A program made the position numbers and the translations under genes. DNA of 53,227 nucleotides from Anaerolineae bacterium (GTDB lineage: Bacteria; Chloroflexota; Anaerolineae; B4-G1; DUEL01). Position 1 is the first letter of the stretch. Each line of letters opens with the position of its first letter. Shown one piece after another: positions 11,201-20,478 of this stretch. The DNA lies in NCBI GenBank assembly GCA_041082215.1, contig JBDOIF010000008.1, positions 70,036 through 123,262 of the forward strand. Direction: 5' to 3'. Under the pieces are notes generated by a model. The model made no database searches and was not told the origin of the DNA. It worked only from the letters and a program-made list of their open reading frames with translations.

Positions 11201-11762
11201 GATCGCCGGGCTGTCCCACATCGTCACGGCTTCGGCAATGCGGGGGATCGGCCTGGCCCACGTGCTGCTGGGGAACCCCCAACAGGGTATCCCGTTTCTG
11301 GATAACAGCCTCTCCGCCACCACCTCCCTGGGCCTGAAGTGGTTCCGCGCCCAGATACTGCGCGATATGGCCTGGGTACATCTCCGGTCGGGCGATCGGG
11401 CTGCTGCGGAGAGCTTCGCCGGAGAGTTGCTGGCTCTGGCGGAAGAGGGGGACTATCGGGAGCTGATCGGTTGGGGCTACTTCCTTCGGGGGTCGGCCCG
11501 TGGAGACGGGGCGGACATCCGCCGCGGGCTGGAGAGCGGGATGGAGCTGGGCAGTCTCCTACTACAGTGGGCGGCAGGGGAGGCGCTGGTCGCTCTGACC
11601 GGCGACGAAAAGGGGCGAGCAGCCGCACGGACAGCGGTGCAGGCTATCGCCGAGGGCCTTCCACCGCAGCGACGGGCCGCCTTTCTGAACCGGGAACCGG
11701 TCCGTGCCATACTGGAAGGCGAAAGCCGGGAGCATTCGGGATCGGAACGGTCGGCAATGTAA
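8292..11762 (+). CDS. Zn-ribbon / class III cyclase-like / AAA ATPase / TPR protein with degenerate cyclase site
   Basis: CxxC..CxxC N-terminus, ERRLVTILF, GDAVNLASRL, GEAGLGKS, EDLHWAD, GNPLF, helical repeats. Confidence 0.9.
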   Translation: MRCVRCGFENPEGSLFCGRCGRELKGMPSSPPGERRLVTILFVHVEGLLTVSEQLDPEVAFTIVSACAEALSMPVYRYGGTVDKFIGPELMAVFGAPEVHEDDAARALWASLDMIEALERFNQAYHSLLPGPLAIRCGVNTGMVFAGDVGAPGLRAFTVIGDAVNLASRLAHLAEPGRVFVGEATYRQAQRLFYFQPLPPISVRGRQEEVLVHALLGAREGYWRAWGISGLSSPLVGRQREIGILQDHLLALSAGKGGVVSLIGEAGLGKSRLTMEIRSANQELRWLEGRSLSFQSDQPYFPFRNLVQRYTGIDEATPPADADERLCEAISRFASDQFDQVYPFLGYILGILPDKDHAAVLEPLSGEGLQRGLLRALRILLKGMAEDRPTVVVMEDLHWADRSSLDLLARLMPMAADSPLLFLLLLRPETGSGLLQWVRKEGKQTNRYAEILLSPLSPQESVTLVANLLRTDRIPQALQEQILEKAEGNPLFMEEIVRTLIQDGVLAEREGRWEVAREVRIVHIPDTLRGLLASRVDGLEPEIRRTLRQAAVIGRVFPERVLAAVAGNGKELAQHLRVLLDRNFIRYYRLEGEQGRAFIFNHALTHEATYEGILIEERRLLHRRTLEEMERLYAGRLEALYATLARHAYLGEVWDKAACYLHLAGDRAKAAYALPEAVHHYQRAMGIIQEYGVKLDRERIADLYHECCSAQIQLGDYRAARVVCNVLMETAERLNDPYLRGHALRAAALIAAYTGDTVAQVSSAQAACRELERAGADWSRGTALFLLALGLFKSGRLDEAGAAIEKGLQLVGDTRRWPGYDPRSEALFYAGLIAIVQGRLDVALERLESGIALTERTGEQSLRGFCTNFAGLAYGLRGEYARGLEKAEEGKRLGMEADLPLVTESASACAAWICALSGCFGETFRAALPLAFRKPASLDARAIACLALGDACLGTLEFEEGMRYYQQALEIAGLSHIVTASAMRGIGLAHVLLGNPQQGIPFLDNSLSATTSLGLKWFRAQILRDMAWVHLRSGDRAAAESFAGELLALAEEGDYRELIGWGYFLRGSARGDGADIRRGLESGMELGSLLLQWAAGEALVALTGDEKGRAAARTAVQAIAEGLPPQRRAAFLNREPVRAILEGESREHSGSERSAM

Positions 11763-11775
11763 GGAGGGGAAAGCG

Positions 11776-12501
11776 ATGAAGGGTTCCTTTTCGGTGTTGA
11801 CCTACGGATTACTGATCCTGGGCATGGGCGTCTACCTGCTCGGCCTCCTCTTCGGTCGATTTGACGCTGGCCGGATCCACCGCAGCCCCACCTGGGCCCG
11901 GATGGCTTCTTCGGTCGCCCTGGTGCTGGCAGCGCTGGCCTGGTGGCTGGGTGCGGGCCGGTCCACACCGCTGGCTGCCTATACGGCTTTCCTGTTTCTC
12001 GGAATGCTGCTTTCCTTTGTGGGGGACCTGACCATGGCGCAGCTTCTCCCCTTATCCCCTCACGTCCTTTTCGGGATGCTGGCCTTTGGCCTGGCCCACG
12101 TCGCCTATCTGATCGGGTACGGGCAGGCCGCCCGAGCGATGGCGTTGACCGACCCCCGGGCCTGGGCCGGCGGGGTGGGCGGCGCGCTCCTCCTGGCCGT
12201 CCTCCTCTGGTGGGCCCTGATCCGCAGCCCCGGCTCCAGCTCCCCCCTGAGCTACGGCGCTCTGGGCTACGCCCTCCTTCTGGGCGGGATGTTCGGGGCG
12301 GCGCTGGCCCTGGCGGTCCAGGACGCCCGGTTTCTGCAACTGGCCGTCGGAGCTCTGCTCTTCCTGGCCTCCGATGTGATCCTGGGCAACCGCATCTTCC
12401 GGGAAAACGACTGGTTCCTGGTGGGCGATGTCGTCTGGATGCTCTACATTGCCGGGCAGGCCCTCATCGTCTTTTCACCGGCCCACCTGCTGATGCGTTA
12501 G
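11776..12501 (+). CDS. YhhN/lysoplasmalogenase-family membrane protein
   Basis: SFVGDL, GMLAFGLAHVAY, GALLFLASD, Y..GQ motifs; AAGGAGG RBS. Confidence 0.85.
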   Translation: MKGSFSVLTYGLLILGMGVYLLGLLFGRFDAGRIHRSPTWARMASSVALVLAALAWWLGAGRSTPLAAYTAFLFLGMLLSFVGDLTMAQLLPLSPHVLFGMLAFGLAHVAYLIGYGQAARAMALTDPRAWAGGVGGALLLAVLLWWALIRSPGSSSPLSYGALGYALLLGGMFGAALALAVQDARFLQLAVGALLFLASDVILGNRIFRENDWFLVGDVVWMLYIAGQALIVFSPAHLLMR

Positions 12502-12541
12502 AGGCTCCTCTATACGTGGGCTGTGCCAGGAAAGGAGGAGG

Positions 12542-13624
12542 ATGAACGAAGAGGTCTATCGTCGGCTGGCACAGCGGCTGGATACGATCCCCAATGGCTT
12601 CCCGGCCACCGAAAGCGGGGTGGAGCTGCGGCTTCTGGCCAGGATCTTCGCCCCGCAGGAGGCGGCGCTGGCGGCCGAGATGCGGCTGGGCTATGAGCCT
12701 GCTGAGATCATCGCCACCCGCGTCGGCGTGAGCGCCGAGGAGGCGTACCGGACGCTGAAAGAGATGGCCCGCAAAGGGCTGATCCGGGCACGGCGAGGGG
12801 AGGGAGGGCTGGTCTTTGCCCTGTTGCCTTTCGTCGTCGGCTTCTACGAGGGGCAGTTGCGCCGGATGGATGAGGAGATGGCCGTCCTGGTGGAACAGTA
12901 CTTCCGGGAGATCGGCGGGCGGACCATTCTGGACGCCCCGCCGCCCGTCCACCGCGTGCTCCCGGTAGAGGAGGCCATCCCCTACGATCTGGAGGTCTTC
13001 CCCTACGAGCGGGCGGCGGCGCTCATCGAAAGCGCCCGCTCCTGGGGGGTGCGGGATTGCATCTGCCGCACGCAGAAGCGGCTGGTGGGAGAGGGATGCG
13101 ATTACCCGCTGGAGACCTGTCTGGTGATGGCGCCGGTGGAGGGGGCCTTCGCCGGCGATGAGCTGACACGCCCACTGACCAAAGAGCAGGCGCTGGAGAT
13201 CCTGCGAATGACAGAAGAGGTCGGACTGGTCCACACCACCGGCAACTTTCGGGACCGGCATTTCTATATCTGCAACTGCTGCCCCTGCTGCTGCGCGGTG
13301 CTGCGGGGGCTGACAGAGTTCCACGTGCCCACTGCCGTGGCCCGCTCTGGATTCCGCTCGGTGGTGGACGCTGAGGCCTGCATCGGATGCGGGGCCTGCG
13401 TCGAGCGATGCCACTTTGGTGCTCTTTCGCTGCCGGAGGATGTGGCGGTGGTGGATCCGGACCGATGCCTGGGCTGCGGGGTCTGTGCGCCTGCCTGTCC
13501 TGCCGACGCGATCCACCTGGAGCGGCGACCGACCGGGGAGGCCCCGCCGATTCCCGCCACCATCGAGGAATGGATGCTCCATCGGGCAGAGGCGCGGGGC
13601 TTGCCGACGGAGGAAATTCTGTAA
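12542..13624 (+). CDS. 4Fe-4S dicluster domain protein with N-terminal HTH-like region
   Basis: CICR, ICNCCPCCC, CIGCGACVERC, CLGCGVCAPACP. Confidence 0.88.
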   Translation: MNEEVYRRLAQRLDTIPNGFPATESGVELRLLARIFAPQEAALAAEMRLGYEPAEIIATRVGVSAEEAYRTLKEMARKGLIRARRGEGGLVFALLPFVVGFYEGQLRRMDEEMAVLVEQYFREIGGRTILDAPPPVHRVLPVEEAIPYDLEVFPYERAAALIESARSWGVRDCICRTQKRLVGEGCDYPLETCLVMAPVEGAFAGDELTRPLTKEQALEILRMTEEVGLVHTTGNFRDRHFYICNCCPCCCAVLRGLTEFHVPTAVARSGFRSVVDAEACIGCGACVERCHFGALSLPEDVAVVDPDRCLGCGVCAPACPADAIHLERRPTGEAPPIPATIEEWMLHRAEARGLPTEEIL

Positions 13625-13631
13625 ACGAAGC

Positions 13632-13659
13632 TTGACTTTTGGCAGCTTATCGCTATACT
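13632..13659 (+). promoter_or_regulatory. Putative sigma70 promoter
   Basis: TTGACT-16 nt-TATACT. Confidence 0.55.
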
Positions 13660-13727
13660 GAAAAGCAGCTCTCCTAAAGGTCCCTCTGAACGGAACAACA
13701 AACGTTCTGCATTTGCGCTCGCATCGA

Positions 13728-13771
13728 ACCACAGAGACACAGAGGGCGCAGAAAAACCCTGTGCCTCTATG
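13728..13771. repeat. ACCACAGAGACACAGAG-type inverted repeat element
   Basis: ACCACAGAGACACAGAGGGCGCAGA...CCCTGTGCCTCTATG; relatives at 5946, 18234, 22078. Confidence 0.7.
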
Positions 13772-13877
13772 AAGAAACGTTCAGGACTGTGCAAATCCTG
13801 CGAATGAGTCTTCACCATATGGGGGCAGAGGGTGCCGACAGGGCATGAGCCAGTTTACCAGGAAAGGAGATTCTCCC

Positions 13878-14354
13878 ATGAGCCCTCTGTTCGATCAAAG
13901 CGGTAGCGGCATCCTGGACGCGGTCGTCCGCTTTTTCCAGGAAGACAACTGGCATTTCGAGCAACTGCCGGATAAGCCCATCCTCCGCATGGGCTTCCGC
14001 GGCGACAACGGCACCTGGCGCTGCTATGCTCAGGTGCGGGAGCAACAGCAACAGTTCGTCTTCTACTCCGTTCTGGAGTTCAACATTCCCGAAGATCGGC
14101 GGCCGGCCATGGCCGAGTTCCTGACCCGGGCCAACTACGGCCTGATCCTCGGCAACTTCGAGATGGACTTCCGGGATGGGGAGATCCGCTACAAGACCAG
14201 CATAGACGTGGAGGGAGACCGGCTGACATCGGCTCTGATCCGCCCGATGGTCTACGTCAATGTGCTGATGATGGACCGCTACCTGCCGGGAATTATGAAG
14301 GTTGCATATGGAGGAGCCAGCCCCGCCGACGCCATCGCCGAGATCGAAGGGTGA
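13878..14354 (+). CDS. YbjN-domain protein
   Basis: EFLTRANYGLILGNFEMDFRDGEIRYKT signature; AAGGAG RBS. Confidence 0.88.
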   Translation: MSPLFDQSGSGILDAVVRFFQEDNWHFEQLPDKPILRMGFRGDNGTWRCYAQVREQQQQFVFYSVLEFNIPEDRRPAMAEFLTRANYGLILGNFEMDFRDGEIRYKTSIDVEGDRLTSALIRPMVYVNVLMMDRYLPGIMKVAYGGASPADAIAEIEG

Positions 14355-14469
14355 TCAGGCAGGTCCTGCAGGACGGGAGAAGGAGGTGATGGGAAGCAGA
14401 GCGATGAAGAAGTCCGTTAGAGAGACTGCCCAGGCCCTTGTAGCGTCCCTAGAGAGGAGGTAGGAACCA

Positions 14470-16203
14470 ATGGAAATCAAGCGTCCCTGGCTCGAGCGGT
14501 ATGATGCAGGAGTCCCCTATCACATAGATTATCCCGATGTCCCTCTCTACCATTTTGTCGAAGAGGCAGCGCGCCAGCACCCCGACCACGTCGCTCTGAT
14601 CTTTAAAGGCGGTAAGGTCACGTATCGGGAGCTGGATGAGCAGATCAACCGGATGGCCGCCGCGCTGGCGAAGATGGGGGTGAAGAAGGGAGACCGCGTC
14701 GCCATCCTGATGGCTAACTGTCCTCAGTTCGTGATCTCCTACTTCGGCATCCTCAAAGCGGGCGGGATCGTCGTGGCCTGCAACCCCCTCTACGCCCCTC
14801 CGGAGCTGGAGCATCAGCTCAACGACTGCGGAGCGGAGGTCATCATTGTGATGAGCCGCTTCTACCCCGTCATCCAGCAGATCCGGTCCAAAACCTCCAT
14901 CCGTCAGGTCATCGTCACCAACATTAAGGAGTACTTCCCCCCGGTCCTGAAGCTGCTCTTTACCCTGCTGTTGGAGAAGAAGGAGGGGGACCGGGTGGAG
15001 CTGGCCCCGGGCGACCTGTGGTTCCAGGACGTGCTATCTGCTCACTCTCCCGCCGACCGGCCAAAGGTGGAGATCAACCCCTGGGAAGATGTGGCGATCT
15101 TCCAGTACACGGGCGGCACCACCGGTATCCCCAAGGGGGCGATGGCGACGCACCGGAACCTGGTCGCCAACTCGCTTCAGATCAAGCGCTGGCTCCCCGA
15201 CGTCCGCGAGGCGGGGGAGATCGTGCTGGTGGCCCTGCCGCTCTTCCACGTCTACGGCATGGTGGCGGCGATGTGCTACGGGCTGGCCGCGGCGGCCACG
15301 CTGATCATCATCCCCAACCCCCGCGACATTGATGACATCCTGGAGACGATCAACAAATACCGGCCCAGCATCTTCCCCGGCGTGCCCACCATGTACAACG
15401 CCATCAACCATCACCCCAAGGTCATCGAAGGGAAGGTGGATATCAAGTCCATCCGGGCCTGCATCAGCGGGTCGGCGCCGTTGCTGCGGGAGACCCAGAC
15501 CCGCTTTGAGCAGTTGACCGGCGGCAACCTGCGGGAGGGGTTCGGGCTGAGTGAGGCCCCCACCGCCACCCACTGCAACCCGATGTACGGGGAGAATCGG
15601 GAAGGGAGCATCGGCCTGCCCCTGCCGGATGTGGATGCCGCCATCGTGGACCTGGAGACGGGCACGAAGTTCCTGGACGTAGGGGAGGAGGGAGAGCTGG
15701 TCATCCGTGGCCCGCAGGTCTTCAAGGGCTACTGGCAGATGCCGACGGAGACGGCCAACACCCTGCGCAAGCTGCCCGACGGCAACGTCTGGCTCTTCAC
15801 CGGCGACATCGCCAAGATGGACGAGGACGGTTACTTCTACATCGTTGACCGCAAGAAGGACATGATTATCTGCGGCGGCTACAACGTCTATCCCCGGGAG
15901 GTGGAGGAGGTCCTGAAGGAGCACCCGAAGGTGCTGGAGGTGGCGGTAGCCGGCGTTCCCGACCCCTACCGGGGGGAGACGGTGAAGGCCTGGATCGTCC
16001 TCAAGCCGGGAGAGACGGCCACCGAGGAGGAGATCATCGAGTGGTCGAAGCAGCGGCTGGCCAAGTACAAGTACCCCCGCTACATTGAGTTCCGGAGCGA
16101 ACTGCCCAAGACCTTCGTGGGCAAGACGCTGCGGCGGATGCTGGTGGCGGAGGAGCGGGCGCGAATGGCCCAGGAGGCCCCGCCGAAAGAGGAAGAGGTG
16201 TAG
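14470..16203 (+). CDS. Long-chain fatty acid-CoA ligase
   Basis: QYTGGTTGIPKG, EGFGLSE, TGDIA, DRKKDMI, PKTFVGK. Confidence 0.95.
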   Translation: MEIKRPWLERYDAGVPYHIDYPDVPLYHFVEEAARQHPDHVALIFKGGKVTYRELDEQINRMAAALAKMGVKKGDRVAILMANCPQFVISYFGILKAGGIVVACNPLYAPPELEHQLNDCGAEVIIVMSRFYPVIQQIRSKTSIRQVIVTNIKEYFPPVLKLLFTLLLEKKEGDRVELAPGDLWFQDVLSAHSPADRPKVEINPWEDVAIFQYTGGTTGIPKGAMATHRNLVANSLQIKRWLPDVREAGEIVLVALPLFHVYGMVAAMCYGLAAAATLIIIPNPRDIDDILETINKYRPSIFPGVPTMYNAINHHPKVIEGKVDIKSIRACISGSAPLLRETQTRFEQLTGGNLREGFGLSEAPTATHCNPMYGENREGSIGLPLPDVDAAIVDLETGTKFLDVGEEGELVIRGPQVFKGYWQMPTETANTLRKLPDGNVWLFTGDIAKMDEDGYFYIVDRKKDMIICGGYNVYPREVEEVLKEHPKVLEVAVAGVPDPYRGETVKAWIVLKPGETATEEEIIEWSKQRLAKYKYPRYIEFRSELPKTFVGKTLRRMLVAEERARMAQEAPPKEEEV

Positions 16204-16217
16204 TTTCGGCAAAGCGA

Positions 16218-16259
16218 ACCCTCCCGCAAGCCTTCGGGCCTGCGGGAGGGTCCTTTTTT
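16218..16259 (+). terminator. Intrinsic terminator between convergent genes
   Basis: ACCCTCCCGCA...TGCGGGAGGGT stem followed by T6. Confidence 0.85.
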
Positions 16260-16267
16260 GTCCAGCG

Positions 16268-18202
16268 TCACACTGGCGCGGGCCTGGGGGGCATATCCAG
16301 CGCGGGGCCGGCCTTTCCGGGCACGGGGGCCGGGCTGGCCGATGGCACCGGAGAGGGCTTGCCGCCCGAGCGGGGCTCCTCCGGCAGGCTGCGCCCTTCG
16401 ATCACTGCCTCGAACTCCCTGGCATCCAGCGTCTCCACCTCCAGCAATCGCTGCGCCACAGCCTCCAATTGATCCCGGTGTTCGGCAAGGACCTGCTTAG
16501 CGCGGGCATAGGCGGTGTGGACGATCCGCCGTACCTCTTCGTCAATCTGCTCTGCCACCGCCTCGCTGTAGTCCCGCTGCTCGCCGATCTCCTTGCCCAG
16601 AAAGACCAGTTCCTCTTTCTGACCGAAGGTCATCGGCCCCAGTTTCTCACTCATCCCATACCGGGTGACCATCGCCCGGGCCATCTCCGTCACCTGCTCC
16701 AGGTCGTTGGCGGCGCCGGTGGTTACCTCGCCGAAGGCCAGCTCCTCCGCCGCCCGCCCGCCCAGCGCGAAGGCCAGCTGGTCCTCGAACTTGGAGCGGG
16801 TGACGACCGTCCGGTCCTCTTCTGGAAGAGAGATGGTGTAGCCGGCAGCCATCCCCCGGGCCACGATGGAGACCTTGTGGACCGGGTCGCAGTGGGGCAG
16901 GTGATAGGCGACCAGCGCATGGCCCGCCTCGTGGTATGCGGTGATCCGTCGTTCTTCTTCTGAGAGGAGACGGCTCTTGCGCTCCGGCCCGGCGATGACC
17001 CGCTCGATCGCCTCCTGGAACTCGGCCAGGCTGATGTACCGCTTGCCCCGGCGGGCTGCCAGAATGGCGGCCTCGTTGACCAGGTTGGCGATGTCGGCGC
17101 CGACGAAGCCGGGAGTTGCCTTGGCCAGCGTCGTCAGGTCCACGTCGTCGGCCAGCGGTTTGCCGCGCACGTGTACCCGCAGGATCGCCTCCCGCCCGCG
17201 CATGTCGGGCCGGTCCAGCACCACTCGCCGGTCGAACCGGCCAGGCCGCAGGAGGGCCGGGTCCAGGATGTCGGGCCGGTTGGTGGCGGCGATGACGATG
17301 ACGTTGGTGTCGGTGTCGAAACCGTCCATCTCGACCAGAATCTGGTTGAGCGTCTGCTCCCGCTCGTCGTGGGAACCACCCAGTCCCGCTCCCCGGTGCC
17401 GCCCCACCGCGTCAATTTCATCCAGAAAGATGATGCACGGGCTGTGCCGCTTGGCCTGGTCGAAAAGGTCGCGCACGCGGCTGGCCCCCACGCCGACGAA
17501 CATCTCCACAAACTCGGAGCCGGAGATGCTGAAGAAGGGCACCCCTGCCTCTCCCGCCACCGCCTTCGCCAGCAGGGTCTTGCCAGTGCCAGGGGCGCCC
17601 ATCAGGAGGACCCCCTTGGGGATGCGGGCGCCCAGCTGGATGAACTTTTGAGGCTCTTTGAGGAACTCCACTACCTCCCACAGCTCTTCCTTCGCCTCGT
17701 CCACCCCGGCCACGTCTTCGAACGTGACCGCGGGCTGGTCGCCGGAGTAGAGGCGGGCGCGGCTCTTGCCGAAGGAGAGGGCCTGGTTGTTGGCTCCCTG
17801 GAACTGGCGCAGGAAGAAGTACCCGCCGACGAAAAAGACCAGCACCGCCAGCAGCATCCCCCCGGTGCTGAAGAGAGCCGCCCAGTCCATTGATTCCACC
17901 ACCTCGATCTGCACTTCGGCGAGCTTTTCCCTGGAGACGCCGAGGGAAAGGAGCTGCTCGGCAACGGTGGCCCCGTCCTCTTTATCCGCCCGAAGCTGAC
18001 GGCCATCTTCCAGCGTAATGATGAGCCGGTTGCCGGTAACGGCGATCTCCCGCACGTTGCCCGCTTCCACCTCCGTCGCCACTCTGGATAGGGACACCCG
18101 CTCCGGCCCCTGCGACTGGTTAATCAGGCTGTAGACCAGAAAAACCACTGCTGCCAGCAGAAGCAGCGTGATGAATGTACTCCCCCTAAAGCGCGAATTC
18201 AC
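16268..18202 (-). CDS. ftsH: ATP-dependent zinc metalloprotease FtsH
   Basis: Two TM segments, [41 protein letters not shown]. Confidence 0.98.
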   Translation of the reverse strand: MNSRFRGSTFITLLLLAAVVFLVYSLINQSQGPERVSLSRVATEVEAGNVREIAVTGNRLIITLEDGRQLRADKEDGATVAEQLLSLGVSREKLAEVQIEVVESMDWAALFSTGGMLLAVLVFFVGGYFFLRQFQGANNQALSFGKSRARLYSGDQPAVTFEDVAGVDEAKEELWEVVEFLKEPQKFIQLGARIPKGVLLMGAPGTGKTLLAKAVAGEAGVPFFSISGSEFVEMFVGVGASRVRDLFDQAKRHSPCIIFLDEIDAVGRHRGAGLGGSHDEREQTLNQILVEMDGFDTDTNVIVIAATNRPDILDPALLRPGRFDRRVVLDRPDMRGREAILRVHVRGKPLADDVDLTTLAKATPGFVGADIANLVNEAAILAARRGKRYISLAEFQEAIERVIAGPERKSRLLSEEERRITAYHEAGHALVAYHLPHCDPVHKVSIVARGMAAGYTISLPEEDRTVVTRSKFEDQLAFALGGRAAEELAFGEVTTGAANDLEQVTEMARAMVTRYGMSEKLGPMTFGQKEELVFLGKEIGEQRDYSEAVAEQIDEEVRRIVHTAYARAKQVLAEHRDQLEAVAQRLLEVETLDAREFEAVIEGRSLPEEPRSGGKPSPVPSASPAPVPGKAGPALDMPPRPAPV

Positions 18203-18233
18203 GTCTCAACCTCCCGGTGCGATACACCATCTT

Positions 18234-18318
18234 ACCCCAGAGACACAGAGAGCGCAGAGTTTTCGCAAGAACGCTGAAGCCTCCAGACACCTCTCCGCGT
18301 CCTCTGCGCCTTTCTGGT
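18234..18318. repeat. ACAGAG-type inverted repeat element
   Basis: ACCCCAGAGACACAGAGAGCGCAGAG ... CTCTCCGCGTCCTCTGCGCCTTTCTGGT. Confidence 0.7.
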
Positions 18319-18447
18319 CTCTCGTCCATTCGGCTCCTGTTCAGGTCATTTCTCCGAAGATGCCTGACACCTGAACGGCTACCTTAATTATACCAGAAAC
18401 CGTTCGAATTTACAATACAGCTTTGTTAGAAAAGGATAAGAATCGGC

Positions 18448-20343
18448 TCACGGCCGGATCTCGACTTCGGCGATCAGGATACTGTTGAATTCGACCTCAG
18501 CCTCCCCCGGGTCCACCACCCGCAGCCGGTTGGCCGGATCTCCCTGGGGATACATCCCCGTTCGGATCTGATAGGTGCCCGAAGGGGCGTTCGATGGGAT
18601 ATGGAGCTGGTGGATGTCCCACAGGCTGGTCCGTGGTATCCAGGTATCTGTGGGTTGGAGGCCGTGGAGGGGTTCCACGTCCTCCTGGGCTACCAGCTCC
18701 CCCGTGGGGCCGAGAAGATGGACGAAGACGACGTAGCGGGTAGGGATGGCCGTCAGCGCCCGCCAGCGGAGAGAGACCGCCAGGACGTCGCCAGGGCGAA
18801 AGCGGGCCTGGAGGACCTCTGCCTGTTCCAGGACGATCAGATCGGCGAGGTTGGCGTTGATCACGATCGGGACCTCGGTGCCACCGCTGAAGGTCAGGGT
18901 GACGACGCTCCCTGCCTCCACCTCCGTCCCCTGTTCAGGCTCCTGGGCGATGACGGTGCTGATAGGCACGGTGGACCAGACCGGCTGTTCGACGACCTGG
19001 AGGCCAGCCTGCTGGAGCCAATCCCGGGCGGCTTCCAGCGACACGTTCACCAGGTTGGGGATTTCCACCTTCGCCGGGGCGCCGGCGATGTAGAGCCGGA
19101 TCTCCGAGCCTGCAGGCACCGACCGGCCCGGCGGCGGCTCCTGCCGCACGATGGTCCCCTCCGGCGCAGCGGCGCCGGGCTGTTCCTCCAGAACAAAGCG
19201 CAGGCCGAGGGACTCGATGTCCGCCCGGGCCTCCTCCCACATCCGTCCCTGCACATCCGGCACCGTGACCATCGTAACAGTGGGGGTGGGGGTGACGAAC
19301 GACGGCCCGCCGAACGGCTGCTGGGTGCGGGTCCAGGCCCGATAAACCAGGGCCCAGAGGGGGATCAGGCCGATGACGGCTATGGTAGCAATTGCTCCCA
19401 AAACCCAGGTTCGCCAGTCCGGTTCCCCTCTTTCCAGGGGCGGAGGGGGAGCTTCGGTGCGCTCTGCCTGGCGAGCGCGGGGGGCCGCCACGGATGGAGC
19501 AGGGTACATACCTGTGGCCTGGGTCCCCCGCGCCTGGTACTCCCGGAGCACCACGGCCAGTTGCTCTGCCGTTCGATACCGGGCGGCAGGCTCTTTCGCC
19601 AGCACCTTACGGACGATCCATTCCAGCTGCGGTGGCACCTGAGAATTGCGGGTGGAAAGAGGAGGGGGCTCCTCCCGCAGGTGCATCAGCGCCAGTGCGG
19701 CCGGCTTCTCCGCCTGAAAGGGTGGTGCACCGGCCAGCATCTCGTAGAGCACCACGCCGATGCTGTAGACGTCGGAGGCCGGAGTGGGACGCTCCCCCGC
19801 CGCCTGCTCGGGGGAGAAGTAGAGGGGGCTCCCCCAGACCACCTCGGAGTCGGTCGTGCCGGAGGCGGAAAGGGCACGGGCGATGCCGAAATCGGTCACC
19901 TTTGCCACCCCCTCGGGGGTCACCAGCACGTTCTGCGGCTTGATGTCGCAGTGGATAATGCCTGCCCTGTGCGCGTGCCCAACCCCGGCGGCGATCTGGG
20001 CGGCGATGTCCACCGCCTGGTCCACACTGAGCCGCCCCTTGCGGCGGATCATGCTCTTCAGGTCCTCCCCCTCCACATACTCCATCACGATATAGTGCCG
20101 GTCGCCATCCTGCCCCACGTCGTAGACGGTGACCACGTTGGGGTGGTCGAGTTGGGCTGCCGCCCGCGCCTCCCGCTGGAAGCGGGCCAGGAAGGCCGGG
20201 TCGCTGGCGTAGGCTTCGCGGAGGACCTTGATGGCGACGGGGCGGTGGAGGAGGGTGTCCACCCCCTTGTAGACAATAGCCATGCCGCCCGAACCGATCA
20301 GCTCGACCAGCCGGTAGCGATTGTTGAGAAGTGCGTTATCCAT
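18448..20343 (-). CDS. PknB-like Ser/Thr kinase with TM, two PASTA domains and a C-terminal beta domain
   Basis: GSGGMA, AIK, HCDIKPQN, DFG, YFSPEQ; TM; VPDVQG and IPNLVN PASTA starts. Confidence 0.93.
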   Translation of the reverse strand: MDNALLNNRYRLVELIGSGGMAIVYKGVDTLLHRPVAIKVLREAYASDPAFLARFQREARAAAQLDHPNVVTVYDVGQDGDRHYIVMEYVEGEDLKSMIRRKGRLSVDQAVDIAAQIAAGVGHAHRAGIIHCDIKPQNVLVTPEGVAKVTDFGIARALSASGTTDSEVVWGSPLYFSPEQAAGERPTPASDVYSIGVVLYEMLAGAPPFQAEKPAALALMHLREEPPPLSTRNSQVPPQLEWIVRKVLAKEPAARYRTAEQLAVVLREYQARGTQATGMYPAPSVAAPRARQAERTEAPPPPLERGEPDWRTWVLGAIATIAVIGLIPLWALVYRAWTRTQQPFGGPSFVTPTPTVTMVTVPDVQGRMWEEARADIESLGLRFVLEEQPGAAAPEGTIVRQEPPPGRSVPAGSEIRLYIAGAPAKVEIPNLVNVSLEAARDWLQQAGLQVVEQPVWSTVPISTVIAQEPEQGTEVEAGSVVTLTFSGGTEVPIVINANLADLIVLEQAEVLQARFRPGDVLAVSLRWRALTAIPTRYVVFVHLLGPTGELVAQEDVEPLHGLQPTDTWIPRTSLWDIHQLHIPSNAPSGTYQIRTGMYPQGDPANRLRVVDPGEAEVEFNSILIAEVEIRP

Positions 20344-20425
20344 ATCCCCGCTCTTCAGGGCCTGACAGTTTCTCCGTTCAGCTATACAATTCTACCCCAA
20401 TTCTGAAGGGGGGACAAGGGACAAA

Positions 20426-20466
20426 ATGTAGCGCAAGATTAATCTTGCGCTACATCCTTGCGCTAC
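20426..20466. repeat. GTAG-type REP-like perfect 30-bp palindrome plus extra half-site
   Basis: ATGTAGCGCAAGATT|AATCTTGCGCTACAT (20426-20455), then CTTGCGCTAC. Confidence 0.85.
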
Positions 20467-20478
20467 GTCTGCGGGCTA

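Noticed and set aside
8292..12501. Cyclase plus membrane protein as a Pycsar/CBASS-like system
   Set aside because: The cyclase has the common AAA-TPR architecture with a degenerate site, and the membrane protein is YhhN family.
13696..13782. Two near GAAC-N4-GTTC LexA-like boxes
   Set aside because: Each has a mismatch, both sit within repeat elements, and the downstream gene is not a typical SOS gene.
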